This document shows, piece by piece, positions 58,657 to 64,000 of a DNA stretch of 64,000 nt. The DNA comes from Dudresnaya verticillata. Taxonomy: Eukaryota. Each line of letters starts with the position of its first letter. Position 1 is the stretch's first letter. Made by a program: the position numbers and the translations under genes. The notes under the pieces were generated by a model. It was given only the letters and a program-made list of their open reading frames with translations. It searched no databases and was not told the DNA's origin. Location: assembly GCA_977862235.1 (NCBI GenBank), contig OZ374559.1, positions 1,798,001-1,862,000 on the forward strand. The letters are read 5' to 3'.

Positions 58657-59937
58657 CTAGTCTTCTTCCTCATCCGGCCACGCCGCTTCTTTGTGCTTCT
58701 CAACAGCCTCCTCGATCAGCTCCATGAACCGCTTCTCCAGAAGCTTTTCATAAGCCGCCACCTTGAGCCTCGCCTCCCTGCCCGCAGCGCCGTCTCCAAT
58801 ACCAATCATCTCGCGGTCAACCTTGTCCCGAAACGCCCCCGCGTCGCGCACCTTGCGCGTGAAGAACGCCGGCACGCGCATCAGGTCGCGCCAGAACAGA
58901 AAGTCGCCGCGCTCGTCCACCTCGTCCACCCAGAACGGGTGCTGTCGCGACCGCACGCCGTCGTCGCCCAGCGCAAAGCTGCCGTTGGGCGCCACGAAGA
59001 AGATCGAGCGCAGGTTGCTCGCCACCACGCCGTCGCGCCACCGCGCGCCGCCGTTCCACAGCACCGTGCCAAAGTAGTGCTCGTCCGACGCGTCGCTGAA
59101 CGAAAACGCCCCCAGCAGCTTGCGCGCGTCCGCGTCGCGCACCACGTGCTCGCAAAACCGCCGCGACAGCACAAACCACCCGCTCGTCTTCGCCACGGTG
59201 TAGTCCAGATGCTTGTGCAGCGGGTTTTGCACGCGCACCACCGCGGCCGGGCCTACGCCCGCGCCCGCAGACGTGACGTTGGCGCCGGTCGCGTCGACAT
59301 AGTCGGCGCGGTCCGCGTGCAGCTTTGCCAGCGCGGTGTCGACGTAAAACTCGGCCAGACGCTTCTCGGCAAAGCCCGCCCAGGTGCCGCGCGGCTTCCA
59401 CTCGACAAAGTTGGTGGCGGGCGGCGCGCGCCCCAGCAGACGGCGGATGACGGCCTGGCTGGCCGTGGGGTAGTCTGCCGCGGACAGGTTGATAAAGTAG
59501 TGCCACGGCCCCGCGGCGAGCAGGCGGTGCACGCCGGACAGGTAGTTGAGCGTGATGGACGGCCCGCGGTACGTGACGATCTCGCTGCGCAGCAGCACGA
59601 TGTTGGGCACGTTGAACGCGGGGCCGCGGCCCCACCGCGCGCCGACCTCCGCGTACACGCTGCGCAGCGCCTCGTGCTTGACGGCGTCGGCGATCTTGCG
59701 GTCGAGATGCAGCGCGTAGACGTTGTCGCGGTGGTACAGCGACACGACCAGGCGCGGCAGCAGCGCGATGTTGGCCGCGCTGACCTGGATGAAGTAGGCC
59801 AGACGCGGCGGCGGCGCGGCGCGCGACGACTGCAGCAGCGACTGCGACACGCGCAACGCGGCCAGCAACACCGCGAGCAGCGCTAGCGACGACAGCGACA
59901 GCAGCGCGCGCTGCCGCGTGCGCATGCGCAGCTTCAT
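58657..59937 (-). CDS. GT14 (core-2/I-branching, xylosyltransferase-like) glycosyltransferase, type II membrane
   Basis: RLAYFI, LYH.DNVYALHLD, W.YFINLSAADYP, SGWFVLSRRF, SDEHYFGT, FFTRK. Confidence 0.9.
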   Translation of the reverse strand: MKLRMRTRQRALLSLSSLALLAVLLAALRVSQSLLQSSRAAPPPRLAYFIQVSAANIALLPRLVVSLYHRDNVYALHLDRKIADAVKHEALRSVYAEVGARWGRGPAFNVPNIVLLRSEIVTYRGPSITLNYLSGVHRLLAAGPWHYFINLSAADYPTASQAVIRRLLGRAPPATNFVEWKPRGTWAGFAEKRLAEFYVDTALAKLHADRADYVDATGANVTSAGAGVGPAAVVRVQNPLHKHLDYTVAKTSGWFVLSRRFCEHVVRDADARKLLGAFSFSDASDEHYFGTVLWNGGARWRDGVVASNLRSIFFVAPNGSFALGDDGVRSRQHPFWVDEVDERGDFLFWRDLMRVPAFFTRKVRDAGAFRDKVDREMIGIGDGAAGREARLKVAAYEKLLEKRFMELIEEAVEKHKEAAWPDEEED

Positions 59938-61096
59938 GGCTTGTGGTGGGGGTGGTGGTGGGCGCGGGGGTAGGCGCGGCGAGGCTCGACGGGCTCCAGC
60001 GCTCAAGGGCTCGACGGCTCGACGGCTCAAGGGCGGGACGGCGGCTACGCGTTCTGGCGGGCGGCGCGCTTTTCCGCGGCGCGGCGCGCGGTCGGCGGCA
60101 CATGTACAGTTGCGGCGGTGTCTGTTTTGGCGCTAAGCGCGGCGTTCGCGGAGGGGAAGGCGTTGGCGCAAGGTCCAAGCAGCGCAGCGCAGCCGTATAA
60201 TCGTATAAACGCATTAAAGCCGCGACGCGATAAGCGCCGCGCTACGTGCTGTCATCGGCGAGAGTGCGTCAATCAGCCAGCCCGGCACGGTCAAGATCGA
60301 GGAGCGGCGCGGTGCCGGGCACGCGCGGCCCGCGCGGACGCCCGCCCAAGTCGGCGACGTGCACGTGCTGGTGTCGAAAGCCGCCACGCGCGAGCTGCGC
60401 CCAAGACGTTGAGCATGTACGGCGCCACGTTCTCCTGCCGCGCAAAACGCTCATTGATGAACAGCCTGGCCCACCTTGCCGGCTTAGCCCCCATGCACAT
60501 CACTGAGAACGCAGGCAACTTCTTCAGGCAGATGGTCGTCGTCTTCCCCGCCGGCAGCGGAGCCAAATTGCCCCAGGCGGACGGTCCGCCTGCCACCCCA
60601 GCACGGACCACTTGCAGCTTGGCGGTACGCGCGATCGGCGCTGTTGATCTGCCACAAATAAGCAGGCTCATCGCTTTGCACGGAACAAGTCAAGTAAGGC
60701 CGGTGAGAAGGATCAACTTCTCTGCCGTAGGACATTAAGAAACCGGTACTATCAAATGCGCTCAAGTTCCCAACCAAACGCAGGACAGATCACTCCGTAT
60801 AAACGGCCGTAGTCGCGCATGACCTTGGCTTTCTCGCCGGATACAATTGCAGAACAGCGTATAGTAGAGGGCCGATGACGACTTGTGTGCGGGCTGACAA
60901 CGGAAACTATTAAATGTGTTGCACTAGGCCCAGTTCTATTCTCCTTGTTCTTCATGTGCACATACTACCCTCTTCTCCTACTCTACTCACGTACGTGCTC
61001 CTTTTATTCTCCCATTCTGGTCTATGTTATCCCCGCACACTGTAGTATTCGGTGGACTATTCGTGCAATCCCGTAGAACTGCTGCATGGAGTTAGC

Positions 61097-61142
61097 AATT
61101 CGACTATAGTCATGCATGTTAATGCATGACCATAGTCGAATT
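61097..61142. repeat. Inverted repeat, 21-bp arms (1 mismatch), 4-nt loop
   Basis: AATTCGACTATAGTCATGCAT / ATGCATGACCATAGTCGAATT. Confidence 0.9.
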
Positions 61143-61215
61143 ATAGACTACATGCGTACTGTACTACTGCTCATCCAGAGGTAGCGTTCCGTCTAATTAG
61201 CAATCTCAGTTGCAG

Positions 61216-61292
61216 TTACACGTCCTCTTACGTCCTGACAACATAAACGTCCTGACAACATAAATGTTGTCAGGACGTAGGAGGACGTGTAA
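61216..61292. repeat. Inverted repeat, 29-bp arms (1 G-T), containing a 17-bp tandem duplication
   Basis: TTACACGTCCTCTTACGTCCTGACAACAT / ATGTTGTCAGGACGTAGGAGGACGTGTAA; ACGTCCTGACAACATAA x2 at 61230-61263. Confidence 0.9.
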
Positions 61293-61383
61293 AAGTCAAC
61301 AAAGTTGAGGTGCATGGTACTTTCAACACAAAGTTGGCCTCCTCTTCTACACACCCGAAGATTAATTTCCTCATCCCTGTGCC

Positions 61384-62860
61384 ATGCTAACTTCTAAGAT
61401 GGAGCTAATGGCCTGCCAAGAAGCGCTTCGGGAGCTTCGCGAGCAGCTTGCCGCTTCAAAGATGCAAGTATCCAGGTTGACTAAAGAGCTCGATGCTGCC
61501 AATGGCCTCGCGGTCCGGAAAACCCAGATCAATAGATGCCTGTTACGTAGGTCACGTCGCGCTGAAGGCCAGGTGCGTGAACTCACGCGTGAGTTGAGTG
61601 AGAAGCTAGAAAATTCAGAAGGTCTTTCATCTCAAGAACCCAATAGTGGAGGTTCACAGCAGCACGAAGAGTTGGCGGCCAAACAGCAAACTGTTTCTGC
61701 GAAGAACTCTGCTTTAGAAAGAGAGTTAAAGAGAGTTAAACACAGCAGTGGAGAGCTTGCGAATCAACAAGATTCAGTGGAGTGCCATCAAAAACGAGTA
61801 CAAGCAGGAGAATGATGAACTATACCAAGACCTGAAAGATGCTTGGGCAGAGCTGGAGTCCGTTAAGCAAGAGAATAAGGTCATTAAGAATTGGCTGGAC
61901 AAAGCCAAAGCCAAAGTGAAGAAGCATAACACCGTCTCCCCATCACAACCGGCAGATCCACGTTTTCCGCGAATCTCTGAAACCCTCTTTCGTTGGAAAC
62001 TGACAAGGTTAATTGGGCAGGGTGGCTATGGAGCAGTATATGAGGCTGTGGACACATTGAAGGAGTTCCAGAACACAGCATTAAAAATCCAACTCATCCA
62101 GGAACCCGAACGCTTTGAACTACAAAGTGAGTACAACGTATATCGACAATTGTCCGATCGCCATGGTCAGGAACCCGAAGATCGATTTACGCCGCGAGCT
62201 TGGGGATACAAAAGGGTCGCAGGGAAGTATGAGGTACTTGGTATGGATCTTCTCGGTCCTTCAGTCCACGACCACTGGCAACGCTTCTATTGCACCTTTA
62301 CCCTCACCGGTATTTTGACCTTTGGAATCAGAGCGCTGACCTGTCTCGAGAGGTTCCACGACAACGGTTACGTACATCGGGACGTGAAAGCAGGAAACTT
62401 TTTGACAGACCTGCATGGCCAAGGTAAGCTGTACTTGGCTGACTTCGGGATGTCTGTGGAATATGAAAGCTGGGAGAACCCACCGCAACAAGATGAACGA
62501 GAAGTGTTTGGAACGCTTCTCTATGCTTCAAAGACAGCACACCAGCGCAAGCCCCAGTCTCGGGCAAGTGATCTTGAGTCACTTGGGTACGTTCTCTTTG
62601 AGATGATTAAAGGTGAACTTCCTTGGAGCCATGTTGCTCGCAACTGCCAGGGTGGGCGCTGGGAAGCTTGCCTTACCTTTAAGAAGATAGGAATCAATTG
62701 CCATGAATCTCCGTGGCTCGTCAAATACTTCGACTGCATCGAGAAGCTGACATTTTCACAGCGTCCTGACTATGACGGACTGCGAGAGATTCTTAACAAG
62801 TGTTTGGGACACAGGAAAGGAGAGGTTGATTGGGTGCGATATGCCGAGGACCATGTGTGA
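61384..62860 (+). pseudogene. Coiled-coil + casein kinase 1-like kinase gene, frameshifted by a 10-bp duplication
   Basis: IGQGGYG.VY, ALK, MDLLGPS, HRDVKAGNF, DFG, GTLLYAS, SR..DLESLGY; GAGAGTTAAA x2 at 61721-61740. Confidence 0.8.
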
Positions 62861-63593
62861 ATATTGTATCTACAATATCGAAAGGAATTGCTTGCTTTCA
62901 GGATCAGACATGCCTGAGACTTTATTACCTCTCAGATGACCTGGAAGGCACATGAGATATGCGGAGTTAATGTAGGATTCAACTCTGGTGTGGCTTGTTG
63001 TATATATTGTAAAACTTGAATAACTTGGCTTGAAGAGCTGTTCACTCATGGCAGAACCGCTACTATTTGTTTTCTGTTTACGTTCAAGCACTGCCGTTCA
63101 AGCTATTTGATTTACTGTTTATCGTTCAAGCAGTTGAGCAGTTACGTACTAGATATGTTGTTACGATTATTCGAGCGGTTCATGGCTACGGTCTGATAGA
63201 ACTAGCTGTTTGTTAAGTTTATGTTACGTCTAGGCAGTACTGCAATCTTATTCACGCTACAGCCCATGTTGTGGTGCAGACCGTGGTCTATGTATACTGA
63301 CCTTCTTGTGGTCTGCAGTAGTTCTAGATATCAAACCACAACAACAATTACCAACTTATCAGTACCCATTGATCCTGTTCTGCATCACTTTCCCTTTCGT
63401 CAGCATTCCCTACCTCAGCGTGCCCCTTTTCCTTTATCAAAAACTGTGTATGTTCTGCGCGTGATGAAGATTGAAACGGAGTCTGGGCAATATGGGGGAG
63501 TTCTCTGTGCACTAGTAGGATGGCTCATCCCGTTAATACAAAAGGAGCACCCATCCTGGATGGGTGCTTCATTCGTATTAAATAAATGAGATG

Positions 63594-64000
63594 GAGACCT
63601 TTATGCATAGGACAGACTACAGCCCCGTAAGGGGGCTTATCTAAAACTCATCTGAAAGGCGACGGTCGAAGAGTAAACGGCAGTTAACAGCCACCGCGAC
63701 AGATTGAAGTACAAGAGAGGTGAGGTGGGTGAGAAGAGATAGTTTCTCAGATATCGGAGAAGTACCCTTCATAGTAGCTAGGAAATTCGCCACGCGCTGA
63801 GCGCCTCGATTGAACCCAGAACCAATGGCACCATAGATGTCTATCACCATAGGATGGAGATCCATCCGGTTGGTAGAACATAAGCGACGATAATGACGGG
63901 CTTTCGCTTGCTCGCGGCGGTGAATAGCTTGATGTTGAGAGCGAGGCGTGTTGGACAGTTTAGTTGGATATGGTGTGGGGTCACCACGGAGACGTCAAAC
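63594..64000 (-). mobile_element. 3' end of a diverged subfamily of the same RLE retrotransposon, running off the right edge
   Basis: FDVSVVTPH...RE..K.RHY...LHPMVIDIYG..GSGF..GAQR.ANF.A..KGTSP..EKL matches the copy-1 endonuclease; ends in ...ATAAAGGTCTC. Confidence 0.9.

Noticed and set aside
50804..60214. Long antisense or alternative-frame ORFs (e.g. 50804-51811, 52965-54035, 56552-57574, 58693-59886, 58817-60214)
   Set aside because: They overlap well-supported genes and have no domain signatures.

Overview
Eukaryotic nuclear DNA with mostly intronless genes. The gene content (GH16, MLO pair, GT14, GT77, FkbM methyltransferase, CRE-type retroelements) suggests a multicellular red alga; this is an inference, not a database result. 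The window holds four copies or fragments of an RT plus restriction-like-endonuclease non-LTR retrotransposon with a (TC)n tail. Two near-identical copies face each other around a gene encoding a low-complexity N-terminus, two dsRBDs and a degenerate 3'-5' exonuclease. Other genes are an asparaginase fused to a bulb-type lectin, a GH16 hydrolase and several secreted proteins. Two MLO paralogues bracket a tRNA-Phe and a giant (about 2,940 codons) ubiquitin-like/DUF3638/DUF3645 helicase-like gene with one in-frame TGA. A cluster of Golgi-type glycan enzymes surrounds a HIG1 gene, and a coiled-coil casein-kinase-1-like gene is frameshifted by a 10-bp duplication. All domain calls come from motif recognition by eye and need HMM or structure confirmation.
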